A DNA stretch of 51,275 nucleotides from positions 1-51,275 of IMG/VR virus record IMGVR_UViG_3300030107_006445, one strand, 5' to 3'. This DNA is from a virus. Its lineage: Duplodnaviria > Caudoviricetes. A program made the translations under genes and the position numbers. Of this stretch, positions 18,542 to 27,427 are shown piece by piece (within the stretch, counting starts at the first letter, position 1; each line of letters starts with the position of its first letter). The notes under the pieces were generated by a model. It was not told the origin of the DNA and did not search any database. It saw only the letters and a program-made list of their open reading frames with translations.

Positions 18542-19690
18542 TCATTTAGTATATTTTTTGACAAGCTCTGCTTTATACGCTTCAGGATCTTGCCGTGCTA
18601 ATTCTACTTTTCTAGCAGCCTCTTCAACTTGTGCTCTTAATCGAGGCACATTCTCTAGTGCTTCTACTGCTTTTGGCGTTGGGACGTCGTCAGGCAGGTC
18701 TTGGTAGATAACTTTGTTCTTCCTTAAATAATCAGCCAGTTCTTGTTTGCTCAGCCCATAGTCTCGCATCATAGATTCAAGAAAGCTCGCATAGTCTGCA
18801 TATTCTGGACTATCCCCATCAAGGTTCCAACCCTCAAGTCCATCATCCGCTGCTCCTCTGAGCGGGACTTTACCTTCAAACCAAGGCTCTAATTTTGCCC
18901 TTTCCCAAATATCATCCTTAGTAAATTGAATTTCATAAGAAGGATCGGCTTCTCTTGCTTTCTTCATTACATCTAGTGCTTTTGAAGCATCATCAGCATC
19001 CATCCACTTAGCAACTTCATCGCTTTCCAACAGCTCCCAACTCCAGTCTTTGAAATTTACCAGTCTTGTTGGCATCCTTTCCATGGCATCAAACTGATCT
19101 ATCATACTATCAAATTCTCTCGCAGGAGCATCTGTAGGGAGCTTCTGGTCTCTTGCTAATTCGTCCCACTCCTCCGGAGAAGACTTAAAAAAATCTTTCC
19201 ATCTTTGATTGTGTTCAGCCAAATCTTCAACCGTCAGCCCACTTGATGCATATTTTTCATCATAATCAGACTTTATCAAAGGAGTAGAATCTATGAATTC
19301 TTCAGCAACCTCGTCAAAACTTTTCCCAGTTGCTTCCATTTTATTTTGAATGGATTTGTTTAGTATTCTGTGGACGTCTTTTGTGGAGAAAATTCTCTGA
19401 AGATCATCATCATCATCATAGTATGCTGCAGCGTCATGAAAATCTCTCGAAAAAATGTTGGCTCTGAATGTTTTGCGGAAAAATTCTTCCTGCAAAGATT
19501 TGAATGCAGGCACGTCTTTTATGTTTTCCGGCAACTTTTTAGCAACCGACTTCATGAGCATCTTAGCCCCTTTGGGCAATGCAGCCAACGCTCCAACTGC
19601 AGCTGTACCTTTTAATATCTTCCTACGCTTCTCGTCAAATTTGCCGCCAGTCAATCCCTCTAAGGCACTTTTGATAACTTTCCTTACCAT
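18542..19690 (-). CDS. Leader-array member 4: acidic protein with Tat-like leader
   Basis: KRRKILKGTAAVGALAALPKGAK; full-length paralog of 20603-21703. Confidence 0.75.
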   Translation of the reverse strand: MVRKVIKSALEGLTGGKFDEKRRKILKGTAAVGALAALPKGAKMLMKSVAKKLPENIKDVPAFKSLQEEFFRKTFRANIFSRDFHDAAAYYDDDDDLQRIFSTKDVHRILNKSIQNKMEATGKSFDEVAEEFIDSTPLIKSDYDEKYASSGLTVEDLAEHNQRWKDFFKSSPEEWDELARDQKLPTDAPAREFDSMIDQFDAMERMPTRLVNFKDWSWELLESDEVAKWMDADDASKALDVMKKAREADPSYEIQFTKDDIWERAKLEPWFEGKVPLRGAADDGLEGWNLDGDSPEYADYASFLESMMRDYGLSKQELADYLRKNKVIYQDLPDDVPTPKAVEALENVPRLRAQVEEAARKVELARQDPEAYKAELVKKYTK

Positions 19691-20602
19691 TTAATCAATG
19701 TTCTCTCTTAGGCCAAAAAATGGGCTTATTTCAGAATCTTTCTGTCTTTGAAAAGTTTCCTCCCAAGCCTTCTTCTCAGCTTCTCTGTCTACCAAGTGTA
19801 ATTCATTCCAATTTGCTGGACGAACTGTATCGACAAACGTTTTATCAAAATCGCCAGAAAGAAGACGTGACGTTTCTTCCATACTATCTACACTTGCCTC
19901 CATATAATCAAAAACATCAGCACGACTCATGTTGTAAGGTTCGAGAGATTTTATGTACTCGATCAAATCAGGATCATCAATTTCATTTAACGTTATTTTT
20001 CCATCAACCCAATCATCAAGCGATTTATTTTCATAAAACGAATGCAACTTAGACCTCATCCCTGCATCAACAAGCCTCCCTGCATCCATTGGATCGCCTG
20101 TCCCTGCATCAAAGAATCCAGAAACCTTCTCGCCTTCTAACTCACCCACCTCAGCAGTGACTCTGTCTTCCAGGAGACGCATTGCTTGTGGAGTGTTCAC
20201 GTCTTTTAAAATCTCTGGACGAAGCAGCTCCTGAGCAAGTTCGTTTTCATCAAGACCACTCAACCCAAGTTCTTCCAGACTTTTTCCTGTTCGTTTGCTA
20301 ACCTGTGCAGCAATGGCGTCCAGCTCCATTGGATCGAAGCCGATTCTCTTATCTATATTCCTAACAGCGTTATCAAACGCCTGATCATAAAGGTCTTTCT
20401 TAAAATTGATAAAATAAGGAGATTCATGAAATGGTCCAACAGGAATTTTCGTCAATTCATCAGCTGCAGGTTTCATAGCTATCTTAGCTGCTTTGGGCAA
20501 TGCTGCTAATGCCCCTGCTGCGGCTGTACCTTTTAATATCGCTCTGCGTTTTGGATCAAACGCACCACCGAGCGCACCAGCAATCTTCTGTCTGATTTTC
20601 AT
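19691..20602 (-). CDS. Leader-array member 3: acidic protein with Tat-like leader
   Basis: DPKRRAILKGTAAAGALAALPKAAK. Confidence 0.75.
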   Translation of the reverse strand: MKIRQKIAGALGGAFDPKRRAILKGTAAAGALAALPKAAKIAMKPAADELTKIPVGPFHESPYFINFKKDLYDQAFDNAVRNIDKRIGFDPMELDAIAAQVSKRTGKSLEELGLSGLDENELAQELLRPEILKDVNTPQAMRLLEDRVTAEVGELEGEKVSGFFDAGTGDPMDAGRLVDAGMRSKLHSFYENKSLDDWVDGKITLNEIDDPDLIEYIKSLEPYNMSRADVFDYMEASVDSMEETSRLLSGDFDKTFVDTVRPANWNELHLVDREAEKKAWEETFQRQKDSEISPFFGLRENID

Positions 20603-21703
20603 CTAATCCTCAAAAATATAATCGAACATTTGTTGGTCAACATTTGCATCTTTTGATCCTTGTGGTTTTGCGGTAGATATATTCGCTAAATCAAGCTCTT
20701 TTTTTATTGCTTCTGCATCTTCTGCAAGCTCAACAATTTTAGGCATTGGCGCATCTTCAGCCAGATGTGTATAAATGACGTTGTTTTCCCGTAAATACTC
20801 AGCCAGTTGCTGTTTGTTAAGTCCATAATCTTCCATCATGTTTGCAACAAATTTGTAAAGATCTACTCTGTTATTCAAATTATGATCTTGCCACTCACCC
20901 ATATCTGTAAAAGATCTTTCCCCTTCAAGCCACTCTTCTATTCTCGGTGTATCAATAAGTCCAGTGCCATCTTCAGTGTCACCAAAAAGATCTGTTTTCG
21001 GATCAGGAACCCAAGCATTACTCATATAATCAGGGTCAATTTCTTTTGCTTTGTGAACTTTTTCAAATGCATCCGTCCACTCATCACCGTCAGCCCACTT
21101 GATGACCTCATCATTCATCAGAAGTCTGTGATTCTGCCTCCAATGAGCAGACTTGTGAAGAGCACTGTCTAATAACTCTTCATAATCTTCCTCTGTCCCA
21201 CTTAGCAATTTGCGATAATATGGTTTGTTTTCTACCCACTCATTTTCTTTATTACGCATTTGATATTCAATGTCTTTCAATTCATCAGCGTTATAAAGAA
21301 AATCATCCAGAACTTCGTCAGAGCTTTGACCAGTTGCTTTCATTTTATTTTTCATTGCGTTCTGGTAAATCCTTCTAATATCTTCTGCTGAAAAAATTTC
21401 AAAATCAATCTCGCCATCTTCCCAGTAGACATTTCTAAATTCTTCACTGCCATGACGATAACGAGGATTCATCAAAAATTTAAACGTACCACGCAAAGCA
21501 TCTCTTTCTAAGACCTTGAATGGTTTTGCATTTTGTATGTTTTTCGGCAACTGTTTAGCAACCGTTCCCATTAACTTTTTAGCTCCTTTGGGTAATGCGG
21601 CCAATGCCCCTGCAGCTGCAGTCCCTTTCAGTATCGCTCTGCGTTTTGGATCAACCTCTCCACCTGTCAACTTATCTAATGCACCGCCAATAAGTTTTTT
21701 CAT
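20603..21703 (-). CDS. Leader-array member 2: acidic protein with Tat-like leader
   Basis: DPKRRAILKGTAAAGALAALPKGAK. Confidence 0.75.
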   Translation of the reverse strand: MKKLIGGALDKLTGGEVDPKRRAILKGTAAAGALAALPKGAKKLMGTVAKQLPKNIQNAKPFKVLERDALRGTFKFLMNPRYRHGSEEFRNVYWEDGEIDFEIFSAEDIRRIYQNAMKNKMKATGQSSDEVLDDFLYNADELKDIEYQMRNKENEWVENKPYYRKLLSGTEEDYEELLDSALHKSAHWRQNHRLLMNDEVIKWADGDEWTDAFEKVHKAKEIDPDYMSNAWVPDPKTDLFGDTEDGTGLIDTPRIEEWLEGERSFTDMGEWQDHNLNNRVDLYKFVANMMEDYGLNKQQLAEYLRENNVIYTHLAEDAPMPKIVELAEDAEAIKKELDLANISTAKPQGSKDANVDQQMFDYIFED

Positions 21704-22320
21704 TTTGCAACGCCTTTTGACCCGTCGGGAAGTGTTACTTCAAGACCTTCATATCTTCCGAGCACATCTCGAAGATACATTGATATCTCTTTGTTGGAGT
21801 ATCCACTTTGTTTCATTTCATCTATAAAATTGTCAACAAAACTGAACTCGCTTACCTCTTTTGTTGGAACTGATTTAGCAACATAATCCTCAATAGGCAT
21901 TTCATCAAAAACCTGATCTAAAAATGGCAATAATTCCTGTTCTGCCTCAGCACTTCCTGGAGCGTTGAAATAGCTATCATAAATTTTATCTAGCTCTTTG
22001 GGATTAAGTTCTGAAACAGATTTTACTTCTCTGCCTATGTCTTCTGAAATCTCATCAAGGAATATTTGCTCCTCTAATATATTCTCATCCAAAAGAACTT
22101 TTTTCATTTGTGGGAGGTCTGTGATTTGTTTTGCTGCCATTTTTGACAAATCAATTTTTTTCGAAAAAGGTTCGCCAACTTCATCAATCACTTTCCGAGC
22201 AACTTTTGGTGTGACAGCAATCGCCCCCAATGCTCCTGCACCTTTTATAAGGTCACGTTTGCTTGGGTCAACTTCTCCACCCATCAGCTTGTCTAATGCT
22301 CCACTGATAAGTTTTTTCAT
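21700..22320 (-). CDS. Leader-array member 1: acidic protein with KR-variant Tat-like leader
   Basis: Start reassigned to ATG 22320 (GAGGTG RBS, ATGA overlap); DPSKRDLIKGAGALGAIAVTP. Confidence 0.72.
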   Translation of the reverse strand: MKKLISGALDKLMGGEVDPSKRDLIKGAGALGAIAVTPKVARKVIDEVGEPFSKKIDLSKMAAKQITDLPQMKKVLLDENILEEQIFLDEISEDIGREVKSVSELNPKELDKIYDSYFNAPGSAEAEQELLPFLDQVFDEMPIEDYVAKSVPTKEVSEFSFVDNFIDEMKQSGYSNKEISMYLRDVLGRYEGLEVTLPDGSKGVAK

Positions 22321-22505
22321 TGCGCACCTCGTTCTGTTATCCATACTTTAGCTTGTTTCTCAGCGGATTTAAACTCTTCATGGAACTCCACATCAGGCAA
22401 ATACACCTCCTCATTCTCAGGTCCATACATGAGCACTTTGTAGTGTCCGCCTGACATCTCCACGGTCGCCTTGCGGCGACCATTCTCGTAAGTCTTCTTT
22501 TTCAT
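22317..22505 (-). CDS. Hypothetical protein
   Basis: Start reassigned to MKKKTYENG (AAGGA RBS), coupled on both sides. Confidence 0.55.
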   Translation of the reverse strand: MKKKTYENGRRKATVEMSGGHYKVLMYGPENEEVYLPDVEFHEEFKSAEKQAKVWITERGAQ

Positions 22506-22506
22506 C

Positions 22507-22986
22507 TTACGATTCCTTAGCCGAAGATACAGCAACTGCACATCCCTCATACGCAGTACCACTTGAGGCTGCGACCTCTCCCTCTATATTAGCAACCAAA
22601 TTATCAACATCTTTCCATCCTTTGGCATAGTGTGTCGCAACAAAGTCAAACCCAATCATCCCAACACGATAAACAACCCAATGTAGCTCTGAAGATTCGT
22701 AGCTTGGGAACTGAACAATAATTAAGTCGCCCACCATCGTAGATCGTGCTCCGTACTCGAAACCTTCTTTGTCTACAAAGTATTTCCCGAGGAATGTCAC
22801 ATCAGGATTAGAGTCGCTGTTTCCATCTTTTGACCAAGAGCCTTCGATATTGTTAGTCCACCGAAACGCATATTCCAAAATCTCTTCATTATCCCATTTC
22901 TGGATTTCTGCCTCGGTAAGATCAATTCTCGCAACCGCCGGATTAATTTTAACTTCTGGTTCGATGTGTACTACAAATGCTTTCAT
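22507..22986 (-). CDS. Early hypothetical protein, possible YodL-like domain
   Basis: Own promoter and AGAAAGGA RBS; RSTMVGD...YRVGMIGF resembles the YodL-type motif. Confidence 0.5.
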   Translation of the reverse strand: MKAFVVHIEPEVKINPAVARIDLTEAEIQKWDNEEILEYAFRWTNNIEGSWSKDGNSDSNPDVTFLGKYFVDKEGFEYGARSTMVGDLIIVQFPSYESSELHWVVYRVGMIGFDFVATHYAKGWKDVDNLVANIEGEVAASSGTAYEGCAVAVSSAKES

Positions 22987-22994
22987 AATTTTTT

Positions 22995-23045
22995 TCCTTT
23001 CTCAACTTAGGGATATAGTATCTCTCTTTTGGCCAGAGAAGTAAA
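22995..23045 (-). promoter_or_regulatory. Repeated phage promoter + RBS
   Basis: TTTACT-17-GATACT ... AGAAAGGA. Confidence 0.75.
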
Positions 23046-23228
23046 GTATTATTTCAACTTTATTTGCCAGAACCCATACTCTGGGTTACGTTTCTTCTTA
23101 CAAAAAAGTTTGGTTACTGAATTAAGCCTATGGTTCTTAAACATTTTCTTACAGGCCGAACCCAGTAACCACAATTTCTAGATTTTTTCAACAAGAATTT
23201 TTTCCTGAATTTTTTTCCTTATATACAA

Positions 23229-23456
23229 TCAGACTTCGTTCATCCTACAAGCTCGTCGCAGCACTCTGGCTCGTTGAGGCTTGGTAAGTTTGGCGACAAC
23301 GTTCAGCACCATAATCGCATAAGTGCGCTCGTCGTCTGCGTTGAACCGAGTTGCTTGACGTTGCTTCTTGTCAGCGTCTTTCAGCTCTTCAGCAACCATC
23401 GGGTTTTCTTTCAGAACCAAAGCTCTGGTTTTGTCATCAAGGTCTTTTAATTTCAT
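23229..23456 (-). CDS. Early hypothetical protein
   Basis: Own promoter; second ATG fits RBS spacing. Confidence 0.65.
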   Translation of the reverse strand: MKLKDLDDKTRALVLKENPMVAEELKDADKKQRQATRFNADDERTYAIMVLNVVAKLTKPQRARVLRRACRMNEV

Positions 23457-23462
23457 ATCCAT

Positions 23463-23513
23463 TCCTTTCTCAATTTAAGTATATAGCATATCTCTTTTGG
23501 CAATAAAAGTAAA
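23463..23513 (-). promoter_or_regulatory. Repeated phage promoter + RBS
   Basis: TTTACT-17-TATGCT ... AGAAAGGA. Confidence 0.75.
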
Positions 23514-23553
23514 CAACTATTTTCACCTTTAAAAACAAGAACTTAAAAAATTG

Positions 23554-23608
23554 TTTACTTCTGAAAAGAATTAAGATATACTATACCCTGTTGATAAGTA
23601 AGAAAGGA
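23554..23608 (+). promoter_or_regulatory. Repeated phage promoter + RBS (divergent partner)
   Basis: TTTACT-17-TATACT ... AGAAAGGA. Confidence 0.8.
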
Positions 23609-23614
23609 AAAACA

Positions 23615-23938
23615 ATGAACGAAATCAAAATCGGCACTTTTTTAAATAACCATCTTTTTACAGATGTCGCGCCTTTCCAGATAGTTCGCTTGACGAAGTC
23701 TGGAAAAACAGCCTACGTCCGAGCTGTGAAAGTCGAACGTCATCCCGATTGGAAGCCCGACACAATTGCAGGCGGTTTCTGCGGACACACCGTTAATAAT
23801 CAAGATCAATTCTGGAAATACGGCGAACTCGAAGGTCCAGAATATGCAGTGCGCTTGACCAAATCCGGCTGGAAATCAAAGCTGGGCAGACACATCCCAG
23901 CAGACAAACCGAAACGTTTTTACGACTACAACTTTTAA
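23615..23938 (+). CDS. Early hypothetical protein
   Basis: ATG 23615 after RBS; GGFCGH..NQ and RFYDYNF motifs. Confidence 0.7.
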   Translation: MNEIKIGTFLNNHLFTDVAPFQIVRLTKSGKTAYVRAVKVERHPDWKPDTIAGGFCGHTVNNQDQFWKYGELEGPEYAVRLTKSGWKSKLGRHIPADKPKRFYDYNF

Positions 23939-23956
23939 ATCAAACTTAACAATTGG

Positions 23957-23973
23957 GGGGAGCATAGCTCCCC
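23957..23973. terminator. Hairpin downstream of 23615-23938
   Basis: GGGGAGC-ATA-GCTCCCC; no clear U-tract. Confidence 0.35.
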
Positions 23974-23994
23974 AAAATTATTGGCACAAGAAGG

Positions 23995-24041
23995 TTTACA
24001 AAAAAATGCAAAAGCATTAAAATATAGAAAATGAGAAAGGA
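23995..24041 (+). promoter_or_regulatory. Promoter + RBS heading the replication operon
   Basis: TTTACA-17-TAAAAT ... AGAAAGGA. Confidence 0.65.
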
Positions 24042-24048
24042 GACAAAG

Positions 24049-24438
24049 GTGAACAGTAAAGTGTACGTGGTCAGCCGACCAAGAGAAAATAAATTCGGCT
24101 GGACTCCAGATTTAACTGATGCGACAAGATACGGAGCATTAGAGATTGTGTTTGAGTCGAATGACAAACCGCAATTCTTGCCCGCTCCTTGCATTGCTAA
24201 AGCAAGACGCATCATGAAAGGCTTCTCTCCGGAGGATTACATTCTCTGGCCAGGAGGTGGTGACCCAACAGCAGTTATGGTAGTTTGTATGATTGCTGCT
24301 GAAATGTCACCAGTGGTAAACGTTCTCAGGTGGGAACGTAATTTTGACGAAGGCGAACGTGACCGACGTAAAGGTTGGTACATGCCTGTAACATTAGAAA
24401 TGAGAAAGGAAACCAACGATGAGTATAGATCTGCTTGA
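24049..24438 (+). CDS. Conserved phage hypothetical protein
   Basis: GTG start after RBS; DYIL..GDP and LRWER motifs. Confidence 0.65.
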   Translation: MNSKVYVVSRPRENKFGWTPDLTDATRYGALEIVFESNDKPQFLPAPCIAKARRIMKGFSPEDYILWPGGGDPTAVMVVCMIAAEMSPVVNVLRWERNFDEGERDRRKGWYMPVTLEMRKETNDEYRSA

Positions 24439-25006
24439 GGATGTCGCACCTGCATCCAAAGACCTAGGTGCTGTAGCTGAGATTGCGGAAAAGATGGAGC
24501 AAAGCAAACAACGCATTGCCGATCTTGAACACACAATCAAAGCAGAAAAGCAGAACTTCAGAAAGCTGTCCGAAGAGGAATTGCCAAATTTAATGCAACA
24601 ACTCAACATCAAATCCTTCACTCTGAGCAACGGTGCTCATGTAGAGGTGACCGATGTGATCTCAGGTTCCATCCCATCACAAGGAGCTATAGAAAAAGCA
24701 AAAGATGATGACAAAGGAATGTTAGAGATGCGTCAGCAGGAATGTTTCGATTGGTTGCGCCACAATGGTGGTGGTGACATAATTAAAAACAATGTTGAGG
24801 TTCAGTTCAGTAAAGAAGAAGACCAAGAGTGTAACGCATTTGTTTCAAAACTGCGTAACGACGAAATGGCCTTCAAACGATCAACAGGCGTCCACCCAAA
24901 ACAATTGAACAAATTCTTAGGTGAAACAATTGAACAGGGCAAAGATGTGCCTCACGATCTATTCAAAATTTACTCAGGTCGCAAAGCGACCATAAGGAAT
25001 AAATAA
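24419..25006 (+). CDS. Replication-region conserved protein
   Basis: 195 aa; FDWLR..G.GDIIKN and VHPKQL motifs; precedes the SSB-like gene. Confidence 0.65.
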   Translation: MSIDLLEDVAPASKDLGAVAEIAEKMEQSKQRIADLEHTIKAEKQNFRKLSEEELPNLMQQLNIKSFTLSNGAHVEVTDVISGSIPSQGAIEKAKDDDKGMLEMRQQECFDWLRHNGGGDIIKNNVEVQFSKEEDQECNAFVSKLRNDEMAFKRSTGVHPKQLNKFLGETIEQGKDVPHDLFKIYSGRKATIRNK

Positions 25007-25791
25007 TGGCAAAACAGCTCGCTGAAAAAAAGCAACAACAAGTTGCAACCATAGACCCAAGCATGCTCTTAGAGGATGCAAATACTGCTTCGGATTCAAT
25101 GTCGTCTGACGATTTATTGATACCTCGAATCAGAATACTGCAAGCACTATCACCACAAGTCATAAAACAAAAAAGTGAATATGTGGAAGGTGCGGAAGCA
25201 GGAATGATATTCGACAATTCTTCTAACAGTTTGTTCGACGGAGAAAAGGGCATCAACGTTGTGCCTGTAAATTATCGTCGGTGTTATATTGAGTGGGACA
25301 AAAAACGAAACTTTGTCAAAGACCACGGCACTGATGCTTCTATCCTAGAGCAATGTGTGGTAGACGGATATCAACGCTTCCATGGTGACAACGAAATAGT
25401 CGCTACAGCAGAATACTTCGTCTTCATTGTACAAGACGACCAGCATTTCCCTGCGATGGTGAGTATGCAATCTTCTAATTGGAAAGTTGCAAAACGTTGG
25501 AACAGCATAATCAACAGACTCATGATACCAAATCCAAATGGTGGCAAAATGAATCCTGCCATGTTTTGGAACATGTACAATCTGTTTGTTGTTCCGCAAA
25601 CCAATGAGCAAGGTGCTTGGTTCGGTTGGGAAGTCAAACCTGTTTACACCGCAGACTCTGGCGGTATAATAGACAACCTAGAAAATGGCACAGACATTTA
25701 TTTGTCCGCAAGGACTTTTAAAGAACAAGTCATTTCAGGAGACGTTCAAGTTCAGCAAGACGAAAGTTCTGCTGACGAAGAACAGTTCTAA
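25006..25791 (+). CDS. Putative ssDNA-binding/annealing protein
   Basis: IPRIRILQALSP, YVEGAEAG, GAWFGW; acidic C-terminus ending in Phe. Confidence 0.55.
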   Translation: MAKQLAEKKQQQVATIDPSMLLEDANTASDSMSSDDLLIPRIRILQALSPQVIKQKSEYVEGAEAGMIFDNSSNSLFDGEKGINVVPVNYRRCYIEWDKKRNFVKDHGTDASILEQCVVDGYQRFHGDNEIVATAEYFVFIVQDDQHFPAMVSMQSSNWKVAKRWNSIINRLMIPNPNGGKMNPAMFWNMYNLFVVPQTNEQGAWFGWEVKPVYTADSGGIIDNLENGTDIYLSARTFKEQVISGDVQVQQDESSADEEQF

Positions 25792-25897
25792 TAAAAAATA
25801 GATAACGCAGCATAGACTTGCAGCTTGGTGGTGCTGCTCAGGAAGGTTCCCACTAACCATCTTGTCCACCAACTGCACCTATTAGAAAGGATACATT

Positions 25898-27427
25898 GTG
25901 TCAACAGTACAACGTTTTATGAAACTGTTTCGTGGCTATGAATCAGCTCATGGCCAGTACAGAGTAAAGAAAAAAGAAGCTGATGGAAAAATGAGTGGTC
26001 GGGCTGTAACTGTCAGCGAGCCACCAACAGAAATAAATTTCGAACAACACCTCAGTGGTAACGAGTATATACTTGGCATCATAATGCTAAAGGAGGATAA
26101 CAGCTGTAATTTTGGAGTGATTGATATTGATATTCGTGGACACGTTAAGTTAAGCGAAAGTCTAGAAAGTTTAGAGCAAAAAATTAGGAACACGCCACTG
26201 GTCTTATGCAGGAGCAAATCCGGTGGTGCACATCTTTATCTTTTTTGCGAGCCTGCTATTGCCGCCATCGACATGGTACAAAAGTTGAACGAGTTTGCAG
26301 CTTCGTTGGGCTATGGTGGTTCAGAGATATTCCCGAAACAAATATCAAGAGCCAACGAACGCGACAGAGGCAACTGGATAAATTTATGTTACTGGGACGG
26401 TGACAAAACAGAACGTCATGCCATCCACGAAGGCAAGCCACTAAACTTGGAAGAGTTTCTCGACCTAGCAGAAAAGAAAACGGTCACCTATGAAGAACTA
26501 GAAAACTACCAAGCCAAACTTGTAGACCTGTTCAGCGACGGCCCACCGTGCTTACAACACCTCATGACAATGGGCTTTCCTGAAGGTGGAAGAAACATAT
26601 CTTTGTTTAATGTTGGTGTTTATTATAGAAAGAAAAATCCAGACGACTGGCAAGAAGATTTAATGAAGTTCAATTATGAGCATGTGTCGTCTCCACTGCC
26701 TTCAAGCGAGGTCAATGGGCTAGTAAAAGCTGTCAGCAAAAAAGAATATGCTTACACTTGCAAACAAGCACCCATATTCAATTACTGCGAAAAGTCCAAA
26801 TGCATGAAACGTGAATATGGCATAGGTGGAATAGGCGGAGGCCAAACAATAGAGATAGACTCAATCACAAAATACGAAACAGAAAACAGAAGCTCCGTCA
26901 GATGGTACATCGAAATACAAGGAGAGCGAATAGAAGTCACAACACAACAACTGCTAGAGCAAAACAAGTTGCAGAAAATATGCGTCGAAAAGCTAAACAA
27001 GTGTCCAGCAAAAATGCCTATTCAAAAATGGGAGCAGAGAATAAATGATTTGCTTTCAACTGTTGAAGTCATACAAGACCCAGACGATGCTTCGCCACAA
27101 GGACAGTTTGAAAAAGTTTTGGATTCATTTTTAACAGGCAAAGTTCAAGCACGCCACAAAGACGAAATAATGAATGGCAAGCCATGGAACGACATCGAAG
27201 CTGAGAAAGTATTTTTCAGATCTGAAGACTTGTTTATCTATCTTGAGTCTAGAAGATTCCGCTACCCAAGTCAGCACCAAGTCTGGTCGTGGTTGAGGTC
27301 TATTGGTGGTGACAGAAAAACATTCCGTATAAAGGGAAAAGTTGTGAAGGTGTGGTCAGTCCCGACTCCAGAATTTTACGAAGAGGACGATCTTGAAATA
27401 CCTTCTGTTGTGGAGGAAGAATTTTGA
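25898..27427 (+). CDS. AEP-family primase with PriCT-like domain
   Basis: IDID, RSKSGGAHLY, PPC...GGRNISLF. Confidence 0.8.
   Translation: MSTVQRFMKLFRGYESAHGQYRVKKKEADGKMSGRAVTVSEPPTEINFEQHLSGNEYILGIIMLKEDNSCNFGVIDIDIRGHVKLSESLESLEQKIRNTPLVLCRSKSGGAHLYLFCEPAIAAIDMVQKLNEFAASLGYGGSEIFPKQISRANERDRGNWINLCYWDGDKTERHAIHEGKPLNLEEFLDLAEKKTVTYEELENYQAKLVDLFSDGPPCLQHLMTMGFPEGGRNISLFNVGVYYRKKNPDDWQEDLMKFNYEHVSSPLPSSEVNGLVKAVSKKEYAYTCKQAPIFNYCEKSKCMKREYGIGGIGGGQTIEIDSITKYETENRSSVRWYIEIQGERIEVTTQQLLEQNKLQKICVEKLNKCPAKMPIQKWEQRINDLLSTVEVIQDPDDASPQGQFEKVLDSFLTGKVQARHKDEIMNGKPWNDIEAEKVFFRSEDLFIYLESRRFRYPSQHQVWSWLRSIGGDRKTFRIKGKVVKVWSVPTPEFYEEDDLEIPSVVEEEF

Noticed and set aside
17968-22320. Diversity-generating retroelement or shufflon explanation for the repeated leaders
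   Set aside because: No reverse transcriptase or recombinase; repeats are all in direct orientation, differ at synonymous sites, and each starts an intact ORF
25792-25897. Possible tRNA in the intergenic gap
   Set aside because: No cloverleaf or canonical T-arm; kept only as a stem-loop
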